Source: Syncephalis fuscata S228
Taxonomy: Eukaryota > Fungi > Zoopagomycota
Assembly (NCBI GenBank): GCA_025786725.1
Contig: JAHLTZ010000003.1
Location: 1 to 64,000 of the forward strand
Reading direction: 5' to 3'
Length of the DNA stretch: 64,000 bases
Positions 25,200 to 37,447 of this stretch are shown here, in pieces. The position numbers and the translations under genes are program-made. The notes under the pieces are model-generated. The model was not told the DNA's origin, searched no databases, and was given only the letters and a program-made list of their open reading frames with translations. The stretch's first letter is position 1, and each line of letters starts with the position of its first letter.

Positions 25200-26582
25200 T
25201 TAGAAAGGGCCCAAGGCAAATGGACAATCGCGCGTAGTTGCCTCGCCAAGACGTGGCAATGGCAAACGAAGTGGCCTTCCAGCCGATATGATCGACGGCA
25301 TCGGCGGCATGATTGATGGCAGAGCCGTACGAGGACGGTGGCACTCCATCGGGGCCGGTGGTGGTGGCAAGGAAAAGGCAAGCGGCATATGCTGGTCCAG
25401 CCGAGCATTTACGCTTGCCACTATCGGTGTATTAAGAGTCGACAGCGACGATGGGGGTGGCAGTTGCTTCGACCATGGCGATAGCGATGCTGAATACGCA
25501 GCATGGTAGGATGTATGCTGCAATGTATGCGGTGACGAATGTTGATGCGGATGCTGATAGTGGGCCATTGTCACATCCGTAGGTAGTGACTGGACAAAGG
25601 ATGGCTGATCAGTAAACGTCTCTGTAAATAGACGAGGTGACGGCAACGGTGTGCAGTCAGGTGATGAGCTTTTGCTTTGAGGCCGACTACCTGATGATGG
25701 TGAATCTAAAGGCGACTGTAGCGATGGAGGACTACTGGCCGAGCAGGTAGGCGAATGATGGCCGGCCATCGTTGTATGTGGGCCATAGACAGGCGATGAC
25801 GATGACGACGACGACGATGGCCAGTGAGTCAGCGTATCAGGCAAATGCCGACCAGAAAGCGACAAAATCGCTGCAGCACCATTACGCGTTTCTTCAGTTA
25901 CTAGTATATCAGACTCAAACTGGTTAGTAAGCGTGTATCCGTTCATCGAGGTGGCAGGCTGTCTGTATTCTCTAACAGATCCATGCGATACATTTGGCAC
26001 TTTGGTTGATGTTGGTGTCGATGGCATTGACATGGTAGACGCAACAGCTGGCATACTGGTAAGCATGCGGGATCGACGTGGCTTACGTGTTCTAGGTTCA
26101 GTATGAATACGCGTATGGCGACGTAGCTCATCTTGGCGAGAGAATCGCTTTCCACATCCTGGATGCATACACTGATGCGGCTTTTCACCGGTATGTGTAC
26201 GCAAGTGACGTGTTAAATGTTCAAGACGTCGAAAGGCTCGCAAACATAGCACGCACTGATAAGCACGAGGCTTGGCATCCGTCGATGCATCGGTGGTCGC
26301 TGCCGAGGCCGTATTGGCAACAATAGGTGCCGCCTCATCTCGACGCGTATAAAATCTATCCGATGGTAATGAGCCGGTCGCTGATGCAATAGAAATAGAT
26401 GGCAATTGTACAGTGCTATTAGTGCTAGCACTGTTGTTGTTGTTGTTGTTGTTGTTGTTGCTATTACTATCTTCCATATAGACTCGTCTTGGTGATGTAT
26501 TCATCATCACTCGTTCAGAGTACATACCGCGTGACTGCGCCATTGAATCCATATCCGTTAAAATTGAGTCAATTGTTGGCAT
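25200..26582 (-). CDS. creA: CreA/Mig1-type C2H2 zinc-finger carbon catabolite repressor
   Basis: [56 protein letters not shown] matches the CreA/Mig1 double finger. Ser/Pro-rich region, TPLPSP, C-terminal LPSI/LRLP motifs. First ATG at 26582. Confidence 0.85.
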   Translation of the reverse strand: MPTIDSILTDMDSMAQSRGMYSERVMMNTSPRRVYMEDSNSNNNNNNNNNSASTNSTVQLPSISIASATGSLPSDRFYTRRDEAAPIVANTASAATTDASTDAKPRAYQCVLCLRAFRRLEHLTRHLRTHTGEKPHQCMHPGCGKRFSRQDELRRHTRIHTEPRTRKPRRSRMLTSMPAVASTMSMPSTPTSTKVPNVSHGSVREYRQPATSMNGYTLTNQFESDILVTEETRNGAAAILSLSGRHLPDTLTHWPSSSSSSSSPVYGPHTTMAGHHSPTCSASSPPSLQSPLDSPSSGSRPQSKSSSPDCTPLPSPRLFTETFTDQPSFVQSLPTDVTMAHYQHPHQHSSPHTLQHTSYHAAYSASLSPWSKQLPPPSSLSTLNTPIVASVNARLDQHMPLAFSLPPPPAPMECHRPRTALPSIMPPMPSIISAGRPLRLPLPRLGEATTRDCPFALGPF

Positions 26583-27959
26583 CAAATTACGAATAAACTG
26601 ATTTAAATGAAATCAACTCAGATCAGTAATATGAATTAATGATTTCCTCTTAAACGACAAAGTGTGCGTATATATGTGAGATTCTACAATAAGGAAATTT
26701 CTCACAATTAGCATAGAATAAAATTGGCTATAATAATATGTTATGATGGTGATGGTGATGATGATGATGATAAACAGTGATATTTTTGACCAAAAAATCT
26801 ATATCCTATACGCAAATACAATAGAAATATTTCAAATACGCGTTGATTTGATTTCAATGCAACGACAAACGTCCAATGATAGCCCAGTGCGCTTTAGCGT
26901 GTTAGAAAACCAAATGGAGTAGGAATCTAGTAAAGTTACAATTGAAATTCACAACCGCAGTGCAATGGCAGTCAATGAACAAATGCCAGTGGACCAGCAG
27001 CACAAAGTCAAAAAAATAAGAGAGAACGAGTAGTAGACGAGGATAGATGGCGGATAGCAAGCAGTTAAAGGTAGAGAGATGGTAAAAAGCGCGCGGCGTC
27101 AAAAAGTAAAATATGAATACACGCGCCTACCAGTAAAGGTGGATGAATAAAGCGCAAATCGACAAAGGTAAGGGCGATAGTAATTTTTTGCTGTGTGGTA
27201 TAGCAGAAAATGTTGGTAAAGTAAATGGGCGATATAGATGAAGTACGATAGAGAAAGGTAAGGTAAGGCCAGCGAGTGAATCGCAAAAGTGCGAACAAAA
27301 ACGCAAAAAAAAAAACGCAAATAAAAGACGATGTTGGATCTTCAAGTAACGAAAAAAAAACGAAATGATTAAGGCAAACGCTATCGACAAGGAGAGCGGG
27401 GTAGTGCATTAACCAAGTATCATCATCATTTGCATGTGATAGCCTTAAGGCCGCGAGATAACCTTGGGCTCATTGAGAGACGAAAGAGTGAGTGGGGTCA
27501 CCAAGAAAGGCAAGCACAAAAGAGCCATGCTCCAATGGCGCACTTACATGGCAGTGGCGTGTTAATGTGCCAGATTAACTCGCGGAGAATATACGCCTTA
27601 GAAGGAATAGGAAAGGTGGGACTAACGAGGCATAACTGCGATAACAGCACCACAACAAGGCACGATCACCTCATTTGCCATGTTTTTCGTTGTCTGTTCG
27701 CCTATCTTACGCGATAACGCGTAAGGGGAAGGTGAACTGGGCATACCAGTCCATATCTAATATAAACATGAAACAAGAGTACAAACGGCAGTCTCCACGT
27801 GGCTAGACATGCAGCCTCGAGATTATTATCCAAATACGAAGCCAAGGAAAGGAAACAAGCCGGAGAATAATGATCCCCCTCAGATAAACAAGGAGATAAA
27901 TCGGGCTTTGGAATTATTTGTAGCTTATCGACCGATGGCAGCGATAATCACGAGTTATT

Positions 27960-27991
27960 TTGTGTGTGTGTGTGTGTGTGTGTATGTGTGC
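27960..27991. repeat. (GT)n microsatellite
   Basis: Direct read. Further short microsatellites at ~28583 (GT) and ~32697 (GTTT). Confidence 0.9.
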
Positions 27992-30900
27992 GTAATAAGT
28001 TCAGGGCGTAAAAGGCGAATCATAATAAAAATTCTCCGTATCTTTCCGGTATCACATTATTCATAGAACATGTGTCGGAAAAAACTTTGCCCCCTCACTT
28101 AACATCCATCCAATCGCTTCAACTCAGCACATTAACCTCCCCTCCCATTACCGCCATTTCCATTAAAACCGTATCGGACTGCAAGCATACAAGTCGACAG
28201 GCGTGGACGACTCGGTATGCCATGCATTTTTCAGGGGGAGATAAAAAGAAAAAATGTTGTCATAAATAGCAAGACATGCCCGTGAGCGGGGTATTATTGA
28301 TTAAGCATTACCACGTGAAAACAAATGCATTCCAAAAAATCGCCGATAGTTATAGAGCACCATGCAAGTAGAGAATAGCACCATTTAAATGCAACTTACA
28401 TGCATTTGCATATTAATAAACCATTATTATTATTATATGTTATTAATTGTTATCATTATCATTAGCATCACCATTGTTATCATTATTATTATTGTTATCA
28501 TTATTATCAATGTAATAAATGCTCTAAAATAGATGCAATTAAATAAATAGCATTATTATACTTACCAGAAATGGCCTCAATAAGTGTGTGTGTGTGTGTT
28601 GAAACAGTAGCTATGCAGAAAGACAACAATGGTAAGTATCGTGTCTACACTAATGCAATAAGTATTATAGGCTGTAATAGAAGCACGAGTAAATCGGACC
28701 AATCGGAATAATACAGTGAACCACGGCAAGTTTGAATGGCGAAGCAATCAGTAGCCGTGTGTATGACAAATCGGAGTGACCGTCAAGGCAATAGCTAGTC
28801 CACGGATTAAGTAATTGCCGTGTCTACAGTCGAGGGGCTAGAATAACGCAATGCAGAATGACGATGACCGAATTCCGTGGCGCTTGAGGGGCACAGCGTG
28901 TATCAAAGACTGAATACTTAATTCACAAACGTGTAGGGATGATACAATAATGGTCAATCTAGGGTGACACAAAGTTGTAGTGATTAGCGTTGATACGCTT
29001 TGTTGGGATAAAACAGTAATGTAAACAAAATTGGAAATCTGTCTAGAAATCAAAGGCTATGGCAATAGACTATTGCAATATAACCGAAGAGCAAAATGAC
29101 TAGGTATTCTAGGCCTAGAAAATAAACAAGTATACTTATACAATAATAAGCCAATACAAAAAGTAGGTAGAGAATAGCACACCAAGGAAGTGGGGACAAG
29201 TACACACGCGGGGAAACGCACGGCCATCACGAATATTTTATACAGCCGCCACTACGTATTATAAGGATGATGCGGATGGAGATATCGTTGCGTTGGCGCA
29301 AAAGGGGAATGGCAAAGAATGCTGGCAACGAAAAAAGACTACGCACGCAACTGGGTTGATAGGAGTGGGAGTGAGATAGTGGTTACGCAAGCGCAGGAGA
29401 TGCACGGGCGCACGTTCCAGTCAAGTGCGGCCAGTAGAAAGGGGGCGCCGGCTATCAAAGGGGTAGAAGAGCAGCGGCAGTTACATCGAAACCAAACAAT
29501 TACTATCGCTTTTCATACGAAAACAAAAGTACATCATCCAAGGCGTAACACATGCACATAATGTGATCGATGACAATAGCCAGGGGACAAGTCTACTGGC
29601 GTGCAATAGGATGTAGCTAGAACGTGTATGTGTGCGTATTAAAGCAAAACATTCGATACTAGTGATGTATTGAATATTGGTATAAACTACGCATTAATGT
29701 AATAATAAATAAGTCATAATGTATGATTAAAAAGTCTATTATCACAAATGACTTTAGTATTAAACTATTGACGAATTGTAGTAGTAAGTGTTTACTATCC
29801 AGATCTCATGTGCTTAATAATAATTGACATACAGCGCAAAATAGCTGAAATTTGCGCAAGGGGTCTGTAAGTATTTTACATTCGCCAACCATTAACGTCG
29901 CGTCATCCCGCAAAGTAGAGTGAACTCCTCCTCATGAAGTTAAACATATCCATGCACATGCATGGAGAATGGTGGTGCAATGGTAATATGAGTGAAATAA
30001 TGGCAATTGATGTAGCAATAATAGCAGGCATAGTGATAGTAATGCCAATTATAATCATAGTAATAGTAATTGCAATTGCAATCTTATAATATCAATTACA
30101 AGTACAGTAATGGTGCTAATAGCAATTATAACGATAGTGATGAGAAGGGGGCTAACAAATGCGTAGATAGACCAGGGGATATGCAATTCTACTCCATTTA
30201 TCAAGTCGTCTAAGCATATGGCAACTGTAATCGATAGTGTATACATTTGAAAGGGGAAGGGGAGTAATCAGGCAGAAATATAGCTTTTAACAACAGCTAG
30301 ACTTTGAAAAGTCAATGTTGCAAATCAATATAGTCTAGCGTAGCAGTTGCAACGGCAAAGGTAGCGGCAAAGGCTTAAGGCAGCATGGTGACAACAGCCT
30401 TTGACATTACTCTCGTACAAGATACAACTTAGAGAAGATGTAAAAAGGAGATAATCTTACGCAGCATACTAATAGCCGCTGCACCGATAGATAAATGACG
30501 CACGGGGCTTACAAAGGATTTTTGTAATTTGTCCATAGTATAGTTTAAAGATAATGTGCGCGTGAAAGTGCAGGACCGGGGAAGTGGCATCATAGCTGTT
30601 GTAGATAGCACATCAAACGAAGCAAGACCGAAGAAAGTGCATAAGACTGCAGAACAAAACAACAATGGCTGTATTACAGCATGAAAGTGCAGGTAGAAAA
30701 ATCTATAGATAAGTGTGGATGTCCATCGATATGACGCTATGATGTCTTATTATTTGGGATGGCAACACTACATCCATGCACTTTCTCCTTGTAAAAAAAG
30801 ACTGGATAATGCAGCAATGCATAAGTAGCGCGTGCACATGCATACTGATTCAAAAATTGTTTGAGAAATTTTAAATAAAAATCAAAGATAGAGATACCAT

Positions 30901-33900
30901 ATGGTGCAATCATTGTAATGCGACATTAATTCTACTTACCGTATACCAATTGTATATTCGCTATACAATTTAATAGACTTGGGCGATTTGGTAGGACTGC
31001 TATGGAAGTAAGCTAGTATGGCGACGTTGATTTTTCAGGTTGAGCAAGCACTGCCAATATTAAAGATAGCAAAGCTAAGAGACAAATTTAAAAGTAAATA
31101 TGTGTATATACATACAGTCTTTACACAAATCCAAGCTACGAAATACCAGCCAATTAATAGCAGGGTATAAAAGAATTGATAGTAAAAATAAATGAATCGG
31201 TGGTTGATGAATCAATCGATACCGGGAGCAAAGTTGCACCAACAACGGTAACAATGTCAAATTAATTAAGTAGTTAGGTTTAAAAAGGAAACGCAAATAA
31301 TACAAACGCAATAAAACGAAATGCTTAGTATTTGCAAATACGCAACAATAAAAGGTAGAGACGAGAGCTAGTATTGCCAATTAGACTGGCTGACTGACAA
31401 TGCGAGCAATGATGTCGATAGAGTATGGCTATAATAACAGTTGACGCGATACTAAGTTGGTGGTATTAATGTGGGATTGGGCAAAGTTAGAGAAGGCAAT
31501 GATGGCAATGATAACGAAGCTAAAAACGCGCGGAAGTAAAAAGACGGGAACGCAATATAAGTGTAATGCCGGCTAAGATTTAATAGATTCTAATTATATA
31601 TACACACATTCACAATGAGGAAAAAAATATCAGAGTTATGAGACGAATCAATGATAGGATCCCAGTAAAGCCATGTGGAAATGAAAACTTTTTACACGCA
31701 GCTGCATCGTTGCAGCCAATGTGTAAAGCTCAGGTGCGCATAAGGGTCAGGGAGCAGAACAAAAAAGTAACAAGCGTTTTCAAGCAGTATTCCTGTTTAA
31801 AAGGAGTATGCGCCAAAAAAAGCAACAACCCTGTGCTGCCTCGACGAAGGAACCAATACGGCTGGCGCATGGACCAGCATACGAAACCGCACCAGCGAAT
31901 AGTTGGCCGCATAGAGAAAACAGGAGGAGTACAATGGGCGTAGAGAATGAAAGCGAAGAGCAATACTTCTTTGAACCGGAGTTTAGCACCAGTAATAATT
32001 GACCGAAGGAAGATAATCTGCTGTCACACCATCATAAATGTTCCGCTTTAGCAGAATTAATGCTAACTGCAGGCAAAGGTGATGATTTTTGCCTATTAAA
32101 AAAAACTAATCAGGGAATAGCAAAGGCGCGGATAAAGCATGGTCGAGACTATGTTGCGCGTCTGACGTGGCCCACGCTGGCCGTTGTTATTTGTGTAGGA
32201 GTGCAGCTTATTATGGCGCACATGTAGCTTGGTGCGGATGGGAGCGGTAATTTTGTTTCAAATAGCTGCACCTACCTGCTATATAGCTGCAATAAACGTC
32301 TGCTACTATCGTCACTATTATCACTTGCGTATTCGCGGCTTGGCGACAAAGCAATTTTGTCCTGTGTCGAAATTATTGAATAAATACGTTTTATCCAAAC
32401 TCCGAGTAGCTAAGAATTGGCGAAGGTTACCAGTAGACTTGATTAATAGTAAGATTGTTGAAAAAAAGTAGTCGTTAACAAGAAATCTGTTTGAATATTG
32501 CAATATTAAAAGGTATAAATATGAAAACTACAAGTTAGTTTTGGATGTAAATCACGCTATTAGTTGTATCGATTTAAATCTACAAGAATAGTAGATTTGA
32601 CTAGATACAATGCAGGAGATTGCGCAAGAAATTAGAAGAGAAATTTTTGGATACAATTCAATAAGTTGATGAGTGTGTGTGCGTGTTTGTGCGCGTGTTT
32701 GTTTGTTTGTTTGTTTGCTTGCATGTATACGAGTGTTTCAAAATTGAATATTGGATAAAGAGGTCGCCGATCAAGAATAAATGAATGTCAAATAAACAGC
32801 TAACAAAAAGGAGAATTAAAGAATTGATCACTTATAAGACCAGGTAAAACGTTGAAATTAATCGGAAAATTAATTTGTCCTAAAAACAGCGACCTTAACC
32901 ATATCAACACTGAATTGCTATGGATCGGACTATACGTACAAAAATAGGCGGAATTACTGAATGCACGTGAAGTTGATAAGGCATTGCGACAAGGCAACCA
33001 GCCAAGCTACTCGGATCATAATATCCTGCATTACCCTATCTTCATATTCGTCCACTCCTCGGTAAACAAAAATTCCGCCCATTACACTAAATCAATCAAA
33101 ATCGCCACGCCACGCTACACTAACGAGTCATTCGATACTTGATACCAATCGCATAACTCAGCCCCCGTCTTTCTATTTGTGGAGCCAGATACTATCTGTG
33201 TGGTTCCCATGTAAACAATATATATGGTGTAGAGAACCCGTTCAACACAACACCTCCGAACGTTCAATGACAATAGTACATTGGGTGGGCATTAATACGA
33301 AATGCGACCCCACCGACTTGGTTTGATAGTTGCACATCAATAAGAGGATGAGAACGAAGGATTAGTAATAGAAATGCCTTCATACAAATTAAAACTGATA
33401 CGGGCTGATGTAGCCGTAGCTTCAGCTTCGCGTCAAACTATACCATTCTTACTTCTAGGCTATTCACATGCGTAGCCCGGATACATTGACATTAAAAAAA
33501 GGAATAGTTTTACAAACATTCTTAACCATTCAAGATCCACAGGCGATACGTATCGACCGCTTGTTACCATAACGTCCTACAGTTGCTTACTTTAATATCC
33601 GTAAAATAGTAGAAATAGTGTGATTTTTCAAGAAATATTGCAAGCGTGGCTATAAAGCTGGTGGTCTTTTCATAAACACAAGCAATAGCAAGATGGTGGT
33701 TGGTGGTGTGAAGCGGATGAAAACGAAAAGATTGCGGAAAAGTAGAGGACGCGGAGTTGAGCTAATGAAACAATAAAACTCGAAGCTATAACTAAAACGG
33801 CTGCCTAGCCTGGACGACATGCAGTGGGCAAAGGAGATAGCTTCCTATCTTGCATCTTTTTTGATGTATCTATTCCAAATAGTTCTTATTAATACGCAAG

Positions 33901-34849
33901 ATAAAGCAGTGTGTTCATCAATGGATTAAAATGATACAATCTATTTTTACTTTCTTCACTGCATCCAGTGCTGATATGGCTACCATTGGAGCTATTAGAA
34001 TCCAATGCAGTCAGGCCGAATTTCTAAAAGCTAGTGCAACTTTGAACATTGATAAAAACGGAACTGAAGCCTTCCTTGGACAATGTACGCGTATCGATAA
34101 GGAGGCGCGGATACACGAATCGCATGGTTATCTATCACGTGTCAATTAATTCCCTATTGATATCGCAATCGCTAGCACGTGAGTTATTTTAAAGCAGTGC
34201 TGTACACAAATTTTTGTTACAATAAGACATCTATATGACGTGATAACACTATAACGATTGTGCTCGTACTTTGTGTATCGGTGTGTATTCAATTAGTCTA
34301 TATATCCGCAATAACCATGTGCTACGCTACACGTGAATGGTTAAGAAATGAAGTGATGATTAGTAAACGTTGAGTAGTTGCTAACGCAACTATTAAAGCC
34401 TTAGTGGCGTATTAGAACATAGTATCACAATAGTCATACTATAATAATATATTTATTATTTAAAATAATAAACATTAGCATGGTTAACGTAAACACGCTT
34501 TGTTTTAAATCCTATTCATTTCAACCAACTATTGAACAAATCCTGGTGTAGCAATGTATATTATTATTTGTATCATCCGCTAATACCAGCTGTTGATTTC
34601 AGCATTTGAGAAAGCAAATAAAATCCAGCCATTTACGCAGTAGTACAATAACAATATCGATGATTGATTATACTCTATTGTGTAGCTACGTTTTCTATTA
34701 GTACAGAAAAATAATAAATTCAATTGAATAATATTAGTGATCGGTGCTATACTTATGATTACAATAATTATACTGTTTGTCCATTATTATACTACAATTA
34801 ATTGTTTAAAGACACAGCACAATAACTAGTACAGCGTTAGTCATAAAGT

Positions 34850-35380
34850 ATGTTGTGTGTCATTTAACATTATTATATAATTACTTTTATAAACAATTTA
34901 TTAAAATTTAGTATGATTTGGGGGTCAAATGACTACATTTAATAATGTTCGTGCAACTGAACTAACATTCGCTCTAATAAACATGGAACTGGGTAGTGAA
35001 TGACGTCAATCATCAAATACTCATCATCATAGATTTATTATCCAGCATGCATATACTCAGTACACATATGTACTTTATTCACATATATGTTTTAATTGCA
35101 TCTCTACACCACCATATATCATTCTATGATATACTAGACACATCCTATTGTTTACATACCGCAATATACTTTCTTTACTCCATCCACTACGCTATATACA
35201 CTATAACCTAAACGCCGATTATCATACACTTTTCATTGTCTATTCATCATTTTATTTATCATTCTATACTCTCCTAGCCTTCCTCTATTCAAAACTGTTT
35301 TTATTTTTGTTCTAGCTTTATTATTTATAAATCTCGACTCATTTCGACTCATCTGCTCATGCATATATGCTCAATAATCA
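34850..35380 (+). repeat. Family A copy (left TIR plus body)
   Basis: Colinear with 22810-23250 and 42665-43030. Confidence 0.7.
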
Positions 35381-36286
35381 ACACAACCGATCGTATACTT
35401 TTCCGCCTATCCATTCGGCTATTTATCGTTTCGTTATTATATAACAGCTACTCACTATCTAGTTTTACTAAAGCCAGTGCGATTATAGCGATGACAGTTG
35501 CACTCATCTTCATATAGCACAGACTATATGCGCTACACTTATTCATATTCTATTACTTTCCATTATTTTACCCCACAACTGTTTCTTTCTATTTCTTGAT
35601 CACTTACAATCTGCATTCTTTATTCATTATATTCTACATACACTTATGACGGTAAGTAGATCCCACTATATGCGCGTCACACTTGAACCAGTCTTTTCCA
35701 TCATTCGTATAGTCATGCTTGTTTGCTTGTTTTGTTGTTATTATCTATATGGATACTATCTTATTGTTTACAGTATACAGCTTGCTTGTATGCTAGTCAT
35801 CTACACTCTATGCCTTTTTAATGCTGCTTACACATAGCGTCTACTGGGCTGCGTTATTCTACCACTCACTACAGTCATTGAATAACAGTCTGTATATATG
35901 CACAGTATATGCATATACTCTTATTAATATTGAATAGTATTTGTATTCGTATTGTATATATATAGTACTACACTATTCGTTATTGTTTTTGTTGTTGTCT
36001 ATTGCTGCCTCATTGCTATGGATCTTTTATTGCATTGTGTTGATATTGGTAGTAACTATAATAGCAACAACTATACTAGTAGATTACATCTATACAGTAT
36101 TATATTCCTTTCCACCTATCTGTTTATATGTACATTATCTATGCTCGTTGTTATTGTTATGTGTATGCATTTTATTTGGTGTGTGGTGGGATATTTGGGA
36201 CGTATATGTGGCCAAACGGCAACATTTGTAGTATATTCTACGTAAATTAAAATTACGAATGACCTGCAAACAACTGCTTCCACTCT

Positions 36287-36405
36287 AACTACGTTCATTG
36301 CGCCTAGAAAGCACCGGATCCCGTCCGATCTCCGAAGTTAAGTTAGGCCGCGCTTCTGTAGTACTGCGGTGGGGGACCACGCGGGAATGAGAAGTAATGT
36401 AGTTT
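36287..36405 (+). rRNA. 5S rRNA
   Basis: 119 nt. Terminal helix AACTAC/GTAGTT and conserved GAAAGCACCGGATCCCGTCCGATCTCCGAAGTTAAG and AGTACTGCGGTGGGGGACCACGCGGGAA segments. Confidence 0.95.
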
Positions 36406-36411
36406 CAGTAT

Positions 36412-36482
36412 GCGTAGTTGGTTTAGTGGTATAATTACCGCCTGCCACGCGGTAGACCGGGGTTCGATTCCCCGACTACGCA
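36412..36482 (+). tRNA. tRNA-Gly(GCC), intronless
   Basis: Acceptor GCGTAGT/ACTACGC plus discriminator A; D arm TGGTTTAGTGGTATAAT; anticodon arm ACCGC-CTGCCAC-GCGGT; T arm CGGGG-TTCGATT-CCCCG. Confidence 0.97.
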
Positions 36483-36486
36483 ATCC

Positions 36487-36496
36487 TTTTGCTTTT
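36487..36496 (+). terminator. Probable Pol III terminator (TTTTGCTTTT)
   Basis: First runs of four or more T downstream of both the 5S and the tRNA. Confidence 0.6.
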
Positions 36497-36508
36497 GCTG
36501 CGTCTGGA

Positions 36509-36522
36509 AGGTCACGTGACCT
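36509..36522. promoter_or_regulatory. Perfect 14-bp palindrome AGGTCACGTGACCT (Cbf1/USF-type bHLH E-box)
   Basis: Direct read; contains RTCACGTG. Confidence 0.45.
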
Positions 36523-37447
36523 AGTTAGTAAAACTACAAACGTAATAGCAGAGTTTAAGATTTGTCTGGACAGTATTTCCATTGCATATTCAACCAAAAC
36601 GGCAAAAATTAATTGTCTAGTACGTTTATTTGATAAAAGTCAATAGTAACAAACTTTATAGTTTTATACAATAAAATAAATTTAAGCAAATACAGTGTTA
36701 TTAATTAAGTGTTTTTAAGTCTTTATTTGTCAATTAATTAGCAACAGCTACTGTGTAATGTTTAAATAATAAATATAAGCATTAATATATTTAGTATAGC
36801 TATAAAGCTTATAGATTATATACCATTTGGATATAAATATAAATAAATCAAATATGAATGTAAATTTTAATATTTATAAAGTTTAGTCCAGCAATGTAGT
36901 GAGTAATGGTGTAAGAAGTGCGTATAGTTATTTTAATAAGCAAATAAAAAAATTAAAAGCAAAAGCAAGTTGGTACATTTGTATTTCGCTATTAGTTTTA
37001 TTTAATTATATTCTTTTTACACATAAAATAATAAATTATTACGGTTGTAAAAGTAGAAAATGAATTAAAAAGTGTAACTGATTGTAGAAATAGCTTGTGT
37101 TTCAAGTAGTTACAGTAACATTGCAATTGTCACAACAATGTCGGAGTGCGTAATTATTACGATAACAGTCGTCATAGAATAGTAATATTGTTTTTATTGG
37201 GTAAAAGGTGTAACCGGAGTGACACAGTTGTTTCAGCGACACCGATATTTTATGGAACGCATCAATGTAGATGATTGTCTGAGACGTGTTTTACTTGCTA
37301 TTACGCAAACATGAATCATATGTTTTGCAAAGCGGAACCGGTTTGATAGTACGTTTGCATAGTGCTTATAATATAATTTTTATTTAATAACTAAGACTAT
37401 TGCGATCGTGTTTTTACTGCATTTCTAAAACTACCACTCGTAACAAC

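Noticed and set aside
33282-33312. GGGTGGGCATT...AATGCGACCC hairpin as an ncRNA
   Set aside because: Isolated imperfect stem with no recognisable snRNA, SRP or RNase P/MRP motifs.
26900-34200. Many short hydrophobic ORFs
   Set aside because: Low-complexity products of purine/pyrimidine strand skew; no motifs or coherent exon chains.
36343-36646. ORFs 36343..36597 and 36410..36646
   Set aside because: They overlap the 5S rRNA and tRNA genes and are not protein-like.
36509-37100. CDEI-like motif plus AT-rich tract as a point centromere
   Set aside because: No CDEIII-like element at the expected ~80-90 bp spacing; such centromeres are known from Saccharomycetaceae.
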